A stretch of DNA of 48,155 bases from a candidate division FCPU426 bacterium (GTDB lineage Bacteria; Oederibacteriota; JAJYGY01; DAIDJD01). Within the stretch, counting starts at the first letter, position 1, and each line of letters starts with the position of its first letter. Shown in pieces: positions 34,029 to 42,307 of this stretch. The notes under the pieces are model-generated. The model ran no database searches and had not been told where the DNA came from. It worked only from the letters and a program-made list of their open reading frames with translations. Location of the stretch: the NCBI GenBank assembly GCA_031365225.1, contig JANLXT010000131.1, positions 1-48,155 on the forward strand. The letters run 5' to 3'. A program made the position numbers and the translations under genes.

Positions 34029-34553
34029 CTACGTGCGCAAGGCGCCTGCCACCCGAACTAACTCGGCGCTTAGTGCTTTGATCCTTGTTCTGACCCCTTC
34101 GTCGACCAGCTTGCCTTCCTTGAATTGCTCCCGTACCGCGTACACAAAGCGCGGCAGAATCAAGCATCTAAAATCAAGCATCAGGCTGTTGGCATAGCCC
34201 ATCACGCTCATGTAGCTACCAAACCCACCCGCTGCCAAAAGAAAACCAACGACCTTGCCTTCCCAGCCTTCGCCTGTCAGCTCAAGCAGGTTCTTGGCAG
34301 CGGCGTTCACATCATAGGTGTAAACCGCGCTGGCCACCAAAATGCCGTCGGCTGCCTTGATCTTTTCAGTCAAAGGTTTGACGTTGGGGTGTTCGTAAGC
34401 CTTGCTGCCATCGCAAAGGGGCAGCTCGACCTGGCGCAGATCGATCAGCTCTACGTCGTGGCCTAACGCCTGCAGGTCTTGTTGCGCTGACTGGGCTAGG
34501 CCAAAACTTTTACTGCGCGGATTTAGACTTGTTGAGATCACTAAAAGTCGCAT
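34029..34553 (-). CDS. NAD(P)H-dependent FMN reductase family oxidoreductase
   Basis: 174 aa. 'MRLLVISTSLNPRSKS' and 'ADGILVASAVYTYDVNAAAKNLLE' fit the flavodoxin-like FMN_red family. Confidence 0.8.
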   Translation of the reverse strand: MRLLVISTSLNPRSKSFGLAQSAQQDLQALGHDVELIDLRQVELPLCDGSKAYEHPNVKPLTEKIKAADGILVASAVYTYDVNAAAKNLLELTGEGWEGKVVGFLLAAGGFGSYMSVMGYANSLMLDFRCLILPRFVYAVREQFKEGKLVDEGVRTRIKALSAELVRVAGALRT

Positions 34554-34556
34554 GGC

Positions 34557-35333
34557 TTAATCCACAAAGGGGCCATTCCACTGAACTGGCTGACGGTGAG
34601 GCTTTCCGTGAGCAAAGACAAAACGTAATTCTTTGTCCGCATTATTCTTAACTTTAAATGCTCCGGGCCCTTCGAGCACGATCACTTGAGATTCGGCCAC
34701 CGCTCCACCTTCCGTGCTCACACTCGCTGTACCTCGGAGCACATACGCGAAACCCTGGTGTCCCGCGGGGATATCCCATTCAAAACTACTTGCTGTTGGC
34801 GCACTCACGTCTAGGTATTCGATTGGGGTGACGATCTTGACCGGCGAACCTTGGCCCACCAACACTTTGACGGTGGCACCGCCCGCTTGCGTGATGCGAG
34901 AGAAATCAGCGTCCGCGGCTTGTTGAAAGCTTGGTTCGCAGCCCTTGTCCGCCTTGTCTAGATTGACCCAAAACTGCAGACCCTCAATCACGCCTTCGCG
35001 CTCGGCGGATCCACCTTCCTCGCCATGGCGCATGCCCTTGCCTGCTGTCAGACGCATCATCCCGCCCGCTTCGACCTTGCCTTCGTTGCCAAAGTTGTCC
35101 TTGTGCTGGGCCCAACCCCGCATGATATAAGTCAATATCTCGAAGCCCCGATGGGGGTGCTCTGGAAACCCAGGCCCGCCAGCTTTCATGTTGAAATGAT
35201 CCAACATCAAGAAAGGATCCAAGGGCTCTAGGCCCAAACGACCCACCGGCAAGACGCGTCCCACAAGCACACCCGCGCCCTCCATCACATCTTTTTTGTT
35301 GGCGATCCCGATGATCTTCGCTTCTTGTCCCAT
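34557..35333 (-). CDS. Pirin family protein
   Basis: 'FPEHPHRGFEILTYIMRG' is the pirin N-terminal cupin metal site. The bicupin length (258 aa) also fits. Confidence 0.9.
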   Translation of the reverse strand: MGQEAKIIGIANKKDVMEGAGVLVGRVLPVGRLGLEPLDPFLMLDHFNMKAGGPGFPEHPHRGFEILTYIMRGWAQHKDNFGNEGKVEAGGMMRLTAGKGMRHGEEGGSAEREGVIEGLQFWVNLDKADKGCEPSFQQAADADFSRITQAGGATVKVLVGQGSPVKIVTPIEYLDVSAPTASSFEWDIPAGHQGFAYVLRGTASVSTEGGAVAESQVIVLEGPGAFKVKNNADKELRFVFAHGKPHRQPVQWNGPFVD

Positions 35334-35342
35334 GTCAGTCTC

Positions 35343-35807
35343 CTAGTGCAGTGTCGCCGCCTTGGCCGACAGCTCTTGTAAGTGTTTAAGAAATGCCGCG
35401 CGATCTTTGGGTCCCAAACCCTTTACTAGGTCCACATCGACACTTTGAGCCAACGGCACCAAAGTTGGAAAAAGCGCCACACCCTTATCTGTCATCTTGA
35501 TCTCGACGCAACGTCGATCGGTCTCTTTGGTGCTACGCTCGATCAAACCAGCGTCGGCCAATCGATCCAAGAGCCGGGTCGCGGCGGCGGCATCCACACC
35601 CAATTGCTGGGCTAGCTCTCCGGGACTTTTTGCGCCCGCCTCAATTGCCACCAGTGCCGCAAACTGCCGAGCCGTAATACCACTGGTTTGCAAACGACGT
35701 TCAAGCGCTAGATTCATGGCACCAAAAAGACGGGCAGCCCAATAGCCGATACTGCCATTTTGACAGTAGAGGGAATCGTCTTTTTTTAAAGCTGCTTTTT
35801 GCGGCAT
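35343..35807 (-). CDS. MarR family transcriptional regulator
   Basis: 154 aa. 'ITARQFAALVAI...SPGELAQQLGVDAAAATRLLDRLADAGLIER...DRR' is the winged-HTH signature. Confidence 0.88.
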   Translation of the reverse strand: MPQKAALKKDDSLYCQNGSIGYWAARLFGAMNLALERRLQTSGITARQFAALVAIEAGAKSPGELAQQLGVDAAAATRLLDRLADAGLIERSTKETDRRCVEIKMTDKGVALFPTLVPLAQSVDVDLVKGLGPKDRAAFLKHLQELSAKAATLH

Positions 35808-35910
35808 GGTCTGTCCAAGCGAAGTTAAATAGTGGGCTGGCGTGGGTCTCTTGATGATTTTACGCAGGCCACGGGCTTAGAGTTTGCTGGGTCAAATAAT
35901 TAAAAGGCTT

Positions 35911-36675
35911 TTAGGTCAAAGCTAATAGTATTTCCCAAGGGCTCTCACCTTGTTCAGCGGCAGACCGAGATAGATACTTAAAAGTACTGCGCTCGTGGCC
36001 GACAAAGACACTGCTCACGCTGACGGTGCGCGCGTCGTCCCGAGTCATCCACACAGCATAAGGGCCTGGGACGGGGTCCTGGGATCGGTGGAAGGCGTCT
36101 TGCACAGCAACCAAAGTTTCGGTGCTCAACTGGGCGCTATTAGCGCCAGCGGCGTGCAACATCAAGTCAAAGAGGGCTTCACGCTTAGACTGGACTTGGC
36201 TGGATTCAAAGGAGGATGAACTAAGACAAAGAACTTGGTCGTTGTAGATGCTGCGGCGCAGGCGCTGGCCATCCCAACGCAGGCTATGAGGGGCCTGACC
36301 CGGGGCCACGACGACCAACATGTAAGGCGCACGTGAAGCTTGGTCCATGGCGGCCACGCGGTCTAAAGCTTCGGCGACCGACCCAGCGCGCAGGGCTTCG
36401 GGCACCAACAGGCCACGGCTCTGCAACTTTTCTGGCCTCTGCCAGCCTTGGGGATGCTGATTCATCAAGCAGGCGACCAAGCCCTGGTCATTCACGCCGA
36501 TCCAGGTCCCGTCGCTGGGCGGGTCCAGCGGATACAAAACGCGTCGTCTTTTGCCTTCGCTCGCGTCCACCGCCGTCTGCCGCAACGACTCAACCGGCTC
36601 TCGCTTAGGCGATTCGTCTCGATTCATAAAAACCGAGAGGCCACCGGGAACTCTTAAGATGCTGAGCGTGCACAC
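35911..36675 (-). CDS. NRDE family protein (TANGO2/DUF833-like)
   Basis: It starts 'MCTLSI' (N-terminal Cys after Met) and contains 'FMNRDES', the NRDE motif. Confidence 0.75.
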   Translation of the reverse strand: MCTLSILRVPGGLSVFMNRDESPKREPVESLRQTAVDASEGKRRRVLYPLDPPSDGTWIGVNDQGLVACLMNQHPQGWQRPEKLQSRGLLVPEALRAGSVAEALDRVAAMDQASRAPYMLVVVAPGQAPHSLRWDGQRLRRSIYNDQVLCLSSSSFESSQVQSKREALFDLMLHAAGANSAQLSTETLVAVQDAFHRSQDPVPGPYAVWMTRDDARTVSVSSVFVGHERSTFKYLSRSAAEQGESPWEILLALT

Positions 36676-36678
36676 GCC

Positions 36679-37674
36679 CTAAGCCCGTAGCCCCAGTTTC
36701 TTGCGTAATTTTTCTATGCGCGCTGAACCCAGTGCGCGCGCCTTCTCAGCGCCTTCGGTCAATATCCTGTCTAAGCTCTCTGGGTCTTTGAGTAATTCGT
36801 CATACGTAGCCCGCGCCACCCCAAACTTGGTCTCTAACGCCGCTGCCATCTCTTCTTTCATCTCGCCATAGCCCACGCCACCGGCGACATACTGCTTGCG
36901 CCTAAACTCCACCCGTTCAGCCTCGGCAAAATGTTTAAAGATATTAAAGACGTTGCAAGTCTCGGGGTCCTTAGGATCCGCCGGCAACTTGCTATCTGTG
37001 ACGATACGCATCACCGTTTTTTTAACTTCGTTGGCAGGCGCCAAAAATGGGATCACGTTGTCATAGCTCTTGCTCATCTTGCGCCCGTCCAACCCGGGGA
37101 TGGTCTTCACATGTTCTTGTATCATCGGCTCGGGCACATTGAACACGTTGCCCACTTGCCGATTCACCACCTCGGCGATATCGCGCGCGATCTCGACATG
37201 CTGACGCTGATCTTGACCGACCGGAACCACGTCCGAACCAAAGAGCAAGATATCCGCGGCCATCAGCACGGGGTAGGTGTAGAGCGCAGCGTTGACACCC
37301 GCGTCCACGTCTTCACCTGCCTCTTTATTGGTATCGACAATAGTTTTGTAGGCATGCGCGCGGTTCAAAAGGCCTTTAGGCGTGAAGCAGGCCAAATACC
37401 AATTGAGCTCGGCCAATTCCGGCACGCGGCTCTGTTGAAAGAAGATGGTCTTGGCTGGGTCCAGGCCGCAGGCCAGCCAGGTGGCGGCCAACTTATGACT
37501 CAAGCCACGCAGCTCTTTGCCGTCTTTAAGCGTCGTCAGCGCGTGCCAATCCGCGATGAAATAGATCGACAGATAATCTTTGGCCAGCTCCAGCGCGGGC
37601 TGAATGCTGCCCAGGTAATTGCCCAGATGCGGTGTGCCCGTGGGCTTGATGCCTGTGAGTGAGATCTTTGCCAA
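36679..37674 (-). CDS. trpS: Tryptophan--tRNA ligase
   Basis: The class I motifs are 'GIKPTGTPHLGNYLG' (HIGH-type) and 'KMSKS'. Length is 331 aa. SD GAGG precedes the TTG start. Confidence 0.93.
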   Translation of the reverse strand: MAKISLTGIKPTGTPHLGNYLGSIQPALELAKDYLSIYFIADWHALTTLKDGKELRGLSHKLAATWLACGLDPAKTIFFQQSRVPELAELNWYLACFTPKGLLNRAHAYKTIVDTNKEAGEDVDAGVNAALYTYPVLMAADILLFGSDVVPVGQDQRQHVEIARDIAEVVNRQVGNVFNVPEPMIQEHVKTIPGLDGRKMSKSYDNVIPFLAPANEVKKTVMRIVTDSKLPADPKDPETCNVFNIFKHFAEAERVEFRRKQYVAGGVGYGEMKEEMAAALETKFGVARATYDELLKDPESLDRILTEGAEKARALGSARIEKLRKKLGLRA

Positions 37675-37683
37675 AGCTTGCCT

Positions 37684-38625
37684 CTAGTTATTAAGAAAAA
37701 TCGCCGCGCCTAGTTTAATGCCCCAAGGCTCTATCTGGAAAGCGTCCAATTCTAGCGCGTCCAGGACGCCTAGCCAGCTGGCAAAGCCGTAGCAGGTGCG
37801 GTCGACTTTGCCCACGGGTTCGCCTGCTAGCAGGCTCGCGCGGCCAGCATGGTCTAAGCTGGCTAGGTGGCGGCAGAGAGCCTCGAGCTCCCTGCGGGTG
37901 TAGCTGCCACCCTGCCCGTGCGCGGTCAGGGGGCGTTGATTCACTTGTTCTATGGCGTGTTGAATGGGGTGGTTCATGCGGATGGCCAAGGCGGGTGGGC
38001 TGTTTAGGGCGCGCAAGACCAACTGGGTCTTGGCGAAAGCGGTCGTCAGCTCGGCAACGTCGACCGACACCGCCTGTAGGCGGGACCAGTCTATCGGGGC
38101 GTTATCGTCAGGCGAGCCGTATTTTTCCTGAAGGCTGACAGAACCAAAGGGCAGAGACGCTACTGGAGCGCTGACCCAATCCGCTCCGCCGCAGAGCTCG
38201 GACGAATCGCCGCCAGGATCGAGGATTAGATTGGAGGTCTGCAAGGGTTCTTTGGCGCGGGATTTCATCCCCAACAAATTTAGACGTCCCTCGTCTTCTT
38301 CACTCAAGATCTTCACTTCGATCCCAAATTTTTCTTTTAGCAGGTTCAACAACGCTTCAGGATTCTTTGCCTTGCGTACGGCGCTAGTCGCATAGGCTGG
38401 GACCTGGGTCACGCCGAAGGCCTTGGCTTCGACGAGCAAGTCGGCGATCGCATCAAGGGTGTCGGCAATCGGTCCGGGCTGCAAGAGCAACGCAAGACTC
38501 ATGCCCCGCCGTAGCTCGGTGTTGCGCTCGATCAGCGCCAGCGCACGCGTGGTCGCGGCATCTTTTTCGAACACGCTCAATTTAACGGTGCCCGATCCAA
38601 GATCAAGCGCGGCAAAGCGCGTCAC
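37684..38625 (-). CDS. Ppx/GppA phosphatase family protein (exopolyphosphatase-like)
   Basis: 'FAALDLGSGTVKLSVF' is an ASKHA phosphate-1 motif. 'ILDPGGDSSEL' fits phosphate-2. The GTG start overlaps the pilZ TGA (GTGA). Confidence 0.8.
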   Translation of the reverse strand: MTRFAALDLGSGTVKLSVFEKDAATTRALALIERNTELRRGMSLALLLQPGPIADTLDAIADLLVEAKAFGVTQVPAYATSAVRKAKNPEALLNLLKEKFGIEVKILSEEDEGRLNLLGMKSRAKEPLQTSNLILDPGGDSSELCGGADWVSAPVASLPFGSVSLQEKYGSPDDNAPIDWSRLQAVSVDVAELTTAFAKTQLVLRALNSPPALAIRMNHPIQHAIEQVNQRPLTAHGQGGSYTRRELEALCRHLASLDHAGRASLLAGEPVGKVDRTCYGFASWLGVLDALELDAFQIEPWGIKLGAAIFLNN

Positions 38626-39044
38626 TTGGCCTGAGCTTGCTCGGACTTTAGATAATCCTCAACCTTCTTTAGATCGCCCTGACTGATGGCCTCAAACTTT
38701 AGACCGCTACTACAAAGCGAACCCGCGCGGCGCGTCCACATGACCTTGGCGATGGCGTTGATCGACATCGGGATCTTAGGCAGGCTTATCTGCACCCATA
38801 GGTCACTGGCCTGTGGCAAGGGCGTTGACGTGTTGACGCGCAAGCCACCCAGCGACACATCTTCGGTCATGACCTTTTGAAAATCGTGCAGCTCGGGCAG
38901 GGTGGCTTGAAACGCGTCAGGCGTGCCATAGCCTCCTTGCTTGATCAGGGTCAACTTTTCGGTCTGGCCAATACCGCGAAACTTGACCTGCAGACCAGAT
39001 CGAAAACGCTCATACTGTCGCTTCTCTTCTTCGTTTTGACTCAT
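38622..39044 (-). CDS. PilZ domain protein (putative c-di-GMP receptor)
   Basis: 'RQYERF' fits RxxxR and 'DVSLGGLRV' fits (D/N)xSxxG. I prefer ATG 39044 with SD GGGAGG and a 4-nt spacer. The track's start at 39101 overlaps the upstream gene. Confidence 0.8.
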   Translation of the reverse strand: MSQNEEEKRQYERFRSGLQVKFRGIGQTEKLTLIKQGGYGTPDAFQATLPELHDFQKVMTEDVSLGGLRVNTSTPLPQASDLWVQISLPKIPMSINAIAKVMWTRRAGSLCSSGLKFEAISQGDLKKVEDYLKSEQAQAK

Positions 39045-39054
39045 CGTGCCTCCC

Positions 39055-39789
39055 TCACCATTCCCAGCTTGAGCCAAAGGGCAAGCTGAGAGCCCCTTCA
39101 ATCATTTTGAACGCTTTATCGCCACCATTGGCGTTATCGATAGCGCGCTGACCTTGCGCCACCCGTAGATCTAAGCCAAAACGGAAAGATCGCTTATCTT
39201 TGCCCAAGCGCAAGATCCAATCGAGACCGGCGCTGGCGGACCAACCCCAATCATCAGGTGGCGAATCGCGCCACGCGAACTCGTTGGCCCCCAGACCCTC
39301 GGCCCCGATAAATCTTTGCGCCGAGGTGATACGTGTGTACCAAAGCCCGCCGCCCACGCGAGGCACCCAGGTGATCCCACGCGCTTGAAAGGGATAACCC
39401 AACCAAACTTGAACTGGTAGCTCGAGTGCGCTTACCCGCCACTCGGTGCCCCGCTTGATATTAAGCCCCGTCGGAAAAGTGATATCCTCGCGCAACAGAA
39501 CCGACCGCTGAGCGCCAATCAATCCAAGCTCTAGCCCTAAGCGTCGCTTCCACGCCAAACTGGCCTGCAATCCACCACCACCGCTCAATTGAGCCTGCTG
39601 ACTGGCTACATTGGTCGGCGGAAAAATAGCAAAAAGGTTGGTGGGATCTGTCGGGGGTGGCGCGGGGCTTGCGGCGCCCGCAAAGTCGCTAACACCCATG
39701 CGCGCGGAAAGTCCTAGGTCCAAAGACCAACCCTTAGCCAGCGTTAGCGTTGGGACGAAAAGCAAGATTCCTAAATAAAGACGTCGCAC
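39055..39789 (-). CDS. Small outer-membrane beta-barrel protein (OmpA-barrel/OmpW-like size class), function unknown
   Basis: Signal peptide 'MRRLYLGILLFVPTLTLAKG'. It has alternating-pattern strands and ends '...FGSSWEW' (aromatic C-terminus). SD GGAGG precedes the GTG start. Confidence 0.65.
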   Translation of the reverse strand: MRRLYLGILLFVPTLTLAKGWSLDLGLSARMGVSDFAGAASPAPPPTDPTNLFAIFPPTNVASQQAQLSGGGGLQASLAWKRRLGLELGLIGAQRSVLLREDITFPTGLNIKRGTEWRVSALELPVQVWLGYPFQARGITWVPRVGGGLWYTRITSAQRFIGAEGLGANEFAWRDSPPDDWGWSASAGLDWILRLGKDKRSFRFGLDLRVAQGQRAIDNANGGDKAFKMIEGALSLPFGSSWEW

Positions 39790-39865
39790 CGTGCCTCCGT
39801 AAGCATTCTAGCCTTGGAGGGCCATTGTAAGAATGTGATTTTGGTTAGGGGGTGGGGAAACAATT

Positions 39866-39893
39866 AAAAAGAGGGCCCCTGACGGGGCCCTCT
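39866..39893 (-). terminator. Rho-independent terminator of glnN
   Basis: Minus strand reads AGAGGGCCCC-GTCA-GGGGCCCTCT-TTTT. The stem is a perfect 10 bp. It starts about 25 nt after the glnN stop. Confidence 0.85.
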
Positions 39894-39917
39894 TTTACGT
39901 GCTTTTTGGTCTTTGGT

Positions 39918-42095
39918 TTAGTACTGAAAGAGCATTTCGCGGTACTTAGGCAATGGCCAGAGCTCGTCGCTGACGACGTTTTCGAGCGCATCGGCTACTT
40001 TACGCACACCCAACATGGCCGGGATCACCTGGTCTTTGTAGGCTTCGGCTTTTTTGGGCAGGCTCCCTAGATTTTCGGCAGCCTCGTGCACGCGGTTAAG
40101 CACCGCCAAAGCGTCGACCAGATTATCGATGTTCGCAACCACGTCTTCGAGAATTGCTTTGGACCCGCGCTGCGCGGCGCTGATCACATCTTCGGTCACT
40201 TTGATGGTTGAGGCCAATTGCGATTGGTATTTGACCGCCGCCGGCACGATCATGTTGCGAGCGATATCCGCCGTGGCCAAGGCTTCGATGTTGATGGTCT
40301 TCACATAACGTTCCCACATGATCTCTTCGCGCGCAGTGTATTCGCGATTGCTGAGAACCTTGTATTTTTTAAATAGGTTCTTGTATTCCGCCTTGTCCAT
40401 GGCGTGCAGAGATTCGATCGTGGTGCGGTGGTTGGGCAAGCCACGTTTGGCCGCTTCTTTGTGCCAGGCTTCGCTGTATCCATTGCCATTGAAGACCACT
40501 CGCTTATGCGCCTTGATGCGTTTTTGCAGAGCGCTCGCTAAGACCTTGTTCAGGTTTCCAGCTTTGACGCCTTTTTCTAATTCGGTGGCCAGCTCATCCA
40601 ATTCGGCCGCGACGATGGTGTTAAGCACCGTGTTGGGGAAATAGATGGGTGTGGTCGATCCCACCGCGCGGAACTCGAACTTGTTGCCCGTGAAGGCAAA
40701 AGGCGAAGTACGGTTGCGATCGGTCGCGTCCTTGGGCAGCGGCGGCAGCACCGACACACCCAACTCGATCACGCCACCTTTTTTAGAGCGATTGGCCGAT
40801 CCTTTTTCTAGCTGATTGATGATGTCCTCAAGCTGCTCGCCCAAAAAGATGCTGATGATGGCCGGAGGAGCTTCGTTGGCGCCCAAGCGATGGTCATTGC
40901 CCGCGCTGGCGATGGCGATACGCAAGAGCTCGGCGTTTTTATCAACGGCGGCGATGGTCGCCACCAAAAAGGCCAAGAACTGAGCGTTGTCGTGTGGGGT
41001 ATGGCCGGGCTCGAGCAGATTCTCGTTCTCGTCCGTAGCCATGGACCAATTGTTGTGTTTGCCACTGCCATTGATGCCCGCAAAGGGCTTCTCGTGCAAC
41101 AAACAGACCAGGTCATGCCGCAACGCGACGCGACGCAAAAGCTCCATCACCACCATGTTATGATCTGCGGCGACCGAGCTTTTTTCAAAGATGGGCGCCA
41201 TTTCAAATTGGGCAGGAGCCACTTCGTTATGCCGGGTCTTGCAAGGGATACCCAAACGCCACAGCTCGCGATCAAAGTCCATCATAAAAGCGAGAATGCG
41301 CTCACGGATGCTGCCAAAGTAATGGTCTTCTAATTCTTGACCACGGTAAGGCGCGGCGCCAAAGAGCGTGCGGTTGGCGGCGATCAAGTCGGGACGCTGC
41401 TCATAAAAGCGGCGATCGATTAAAAAGTACTCTTGCTCAGGACCCATGGTGGTGAAAACGCGCTTCGAGGACTTGTTGCCAAAGACGCGCAAGAGGCGCA
41501 CGGCGTGCGTGGACAGCGCTTCGACGCTACGCAACAACGGCGTCTTGTGGTCAAGCGCCTCTTCGGTGTAGCTGACAAACGCGGTAGGAATGTAGAGTGT
41601 GGCGCCGTTGGCTTCTTTCATGATGAAGGCGGGGCTGGTAGGATCCCAGGCTGTGTAACCGCGCGCTTCGAAGGTCGCGCGCGTGCCACCACTAGGAAAA
41701 CTGCTGGCGTCGGGCTCGCCCTTGATGAGCGTCTTGCCATCAAACTCGGCCAGTGCGCCACCGGTGCCTGTCGGCTCTAAAAAAGCGTCATGCTTTTCTG
41801 CCGCGCCACCCGTCATAGGAATAAACCAATGCGTGTAGTGACTGGCGTTGTGCGAGATGGCCCACTCTTTCATGCCCTGCGCGACCTGATTGGCGATGCT
41901 CGCGTCCAAAGGCTCACCACGCTGAATGGTGGAGCGCAATGTCTTATAAACGTCCTTGGATAAAAACTTCTGTTGCGCCTCATCATGAAAAACATACTGG
42001 CCATAGATCTCGGTGCCAGAGCTCGTCGCGTAATCCTCGATCGAGGCGTCGTGATCGTGCAGGTTTAGAACCACCGACTTACGGGCGTTAATCAT
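39918..42095 (-). CDS. glnN: Glutamine synthetase type III
   Basis: 725 aa. Blocks such as 'HYTHWF.P.TG..AEKHD', 'EPDASSFPSGGTRATFEARGYTAWD', 'KTRHNEVAPAQFEMAPIFE' and 'HEKPFAGINGSGKHNNWS' are colinear with Bacteroides-type GS III. SD GAGGA is present. Confidence 0.93.
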   Translation of the reverse strand: MINARKSVVLNLHDHDASIEDYATSSGTEIYGQYVFHDEAQQKFLSKDVYKTLRSTIQRGEPLDASIANQVAQGMKEWAISHNASHYTHWFIPMTGGAAEKHDAFLEPTGTGGALAEFDGKTLIKGEPDASSFPSGGTRATFEARGYTAWDPTSPAFIMKEANGATLYIPTAFVSYTEEALDHKTPLLRSVEALSTHAVRLLRVFGNKSSKRVFTTMGPEQEYFLIDRRFYEQRPDLIAANRTLFGAAPYRGQELEDHYFGSIRERILAFMMDFDRELWRLGIPCKTRHNEVAPAQFEMAPIFEKSSVAADHNMVVMELLRRVALRHDLVCLLHEKPFAGINGSGKHNNWSMATDENENLLEPGHTPHDNAQFLAFLVATIAAVDKNAELLRIAIASAGNDHRLGANEAPPAIISIFLGEQLEDIINQLEKGSANRSKKGGVIELGVSVLPPLPKDATDRNRTSPFAFTGNKFEFRAVGSTTPIYFPNTVLNTIVAAELDELATELEKGVKAGNLNKVLASALQKRIKAHKRVVFNGNGYSEAWHKEAAKRGLPNHRTTIESLHAMDKAEYKNLFKKYKVLSNREYTAREEIMWERYVKTINIEALATADIARNMIVPAAVKYQSQLASTIKVTEDVISAAQRGSKAILEDVVANIDNLVDALAVLNRVHEAAENLGSLPKKAEAYKDQVIPAMLGVRKVADALENVVSDELWPLPKYREMLFQY

Positions 42096-42242
42096 GGAAT
42101 CCTCGTTGTCAGAGCTTGGTCGTCATTGACCAAAACAGGGTCTTACGGATTGTGGGCTTTTAGAACAGGTCGTCCTTGACCCAGGCCCACCAAAAGTGGG
42201 TTTGAATGTATCGCAAAGAAAATGCTGGCGCAAGATGGACTT

Positions 42243-42258
42243 TGTGAAAAAAAGCACA
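42243..42258. promoter_or_regulatory. CRP/FNR-type palindrome TGTGA-N6-GCACA in the glnN/cyclase divergent intergenic region
   Basis: Read directly: TGTGA AAAAAA GCACA, a 9/10 match to TGTGA-N6-TCACA. It is centred about 57 nt upstream of cyclase ATG 42308 and about 155 nt upstream of the glnN ATG. Confidence 0.4.
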
Positions 42259-42272
42259 AACTAAGCCTCGCA

Positions 42273-42301
42273 TTGACTTAAAGGGCCCTGCGGGGTAAAA
42301 A
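42273..42301 (+). promoter_or_regulatory. Candidate sigma70 promoter TTGACT-17 nt-TAAAAA(T), ending 6 nt before ATG 42308
   Basis: TTGACT is at 42273-42278 and TAAAAA at 42296-42301. There is no SD before the ATG. The geometry predicts a leaderless transcript. Confidence 0.45.
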
Positions 42302-42307
42302 TGGTCT

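Noticed and set aside
42096-42240. Glutamine riboswitch (glnA RNA motif) or sigma54 -24/-12 promoter upstream of glnN.
   Set aside because: I found no CGUUCA...GGAAGUAGG-type core and no TGGCAC-N5-TTGC. The closest candidate, 'TGGCGCAAGATGGAC', has the wrong -12 element. Only a 5-bp hairpin (CCCAC-TTTTG-GTGGG) and an SD are evident.
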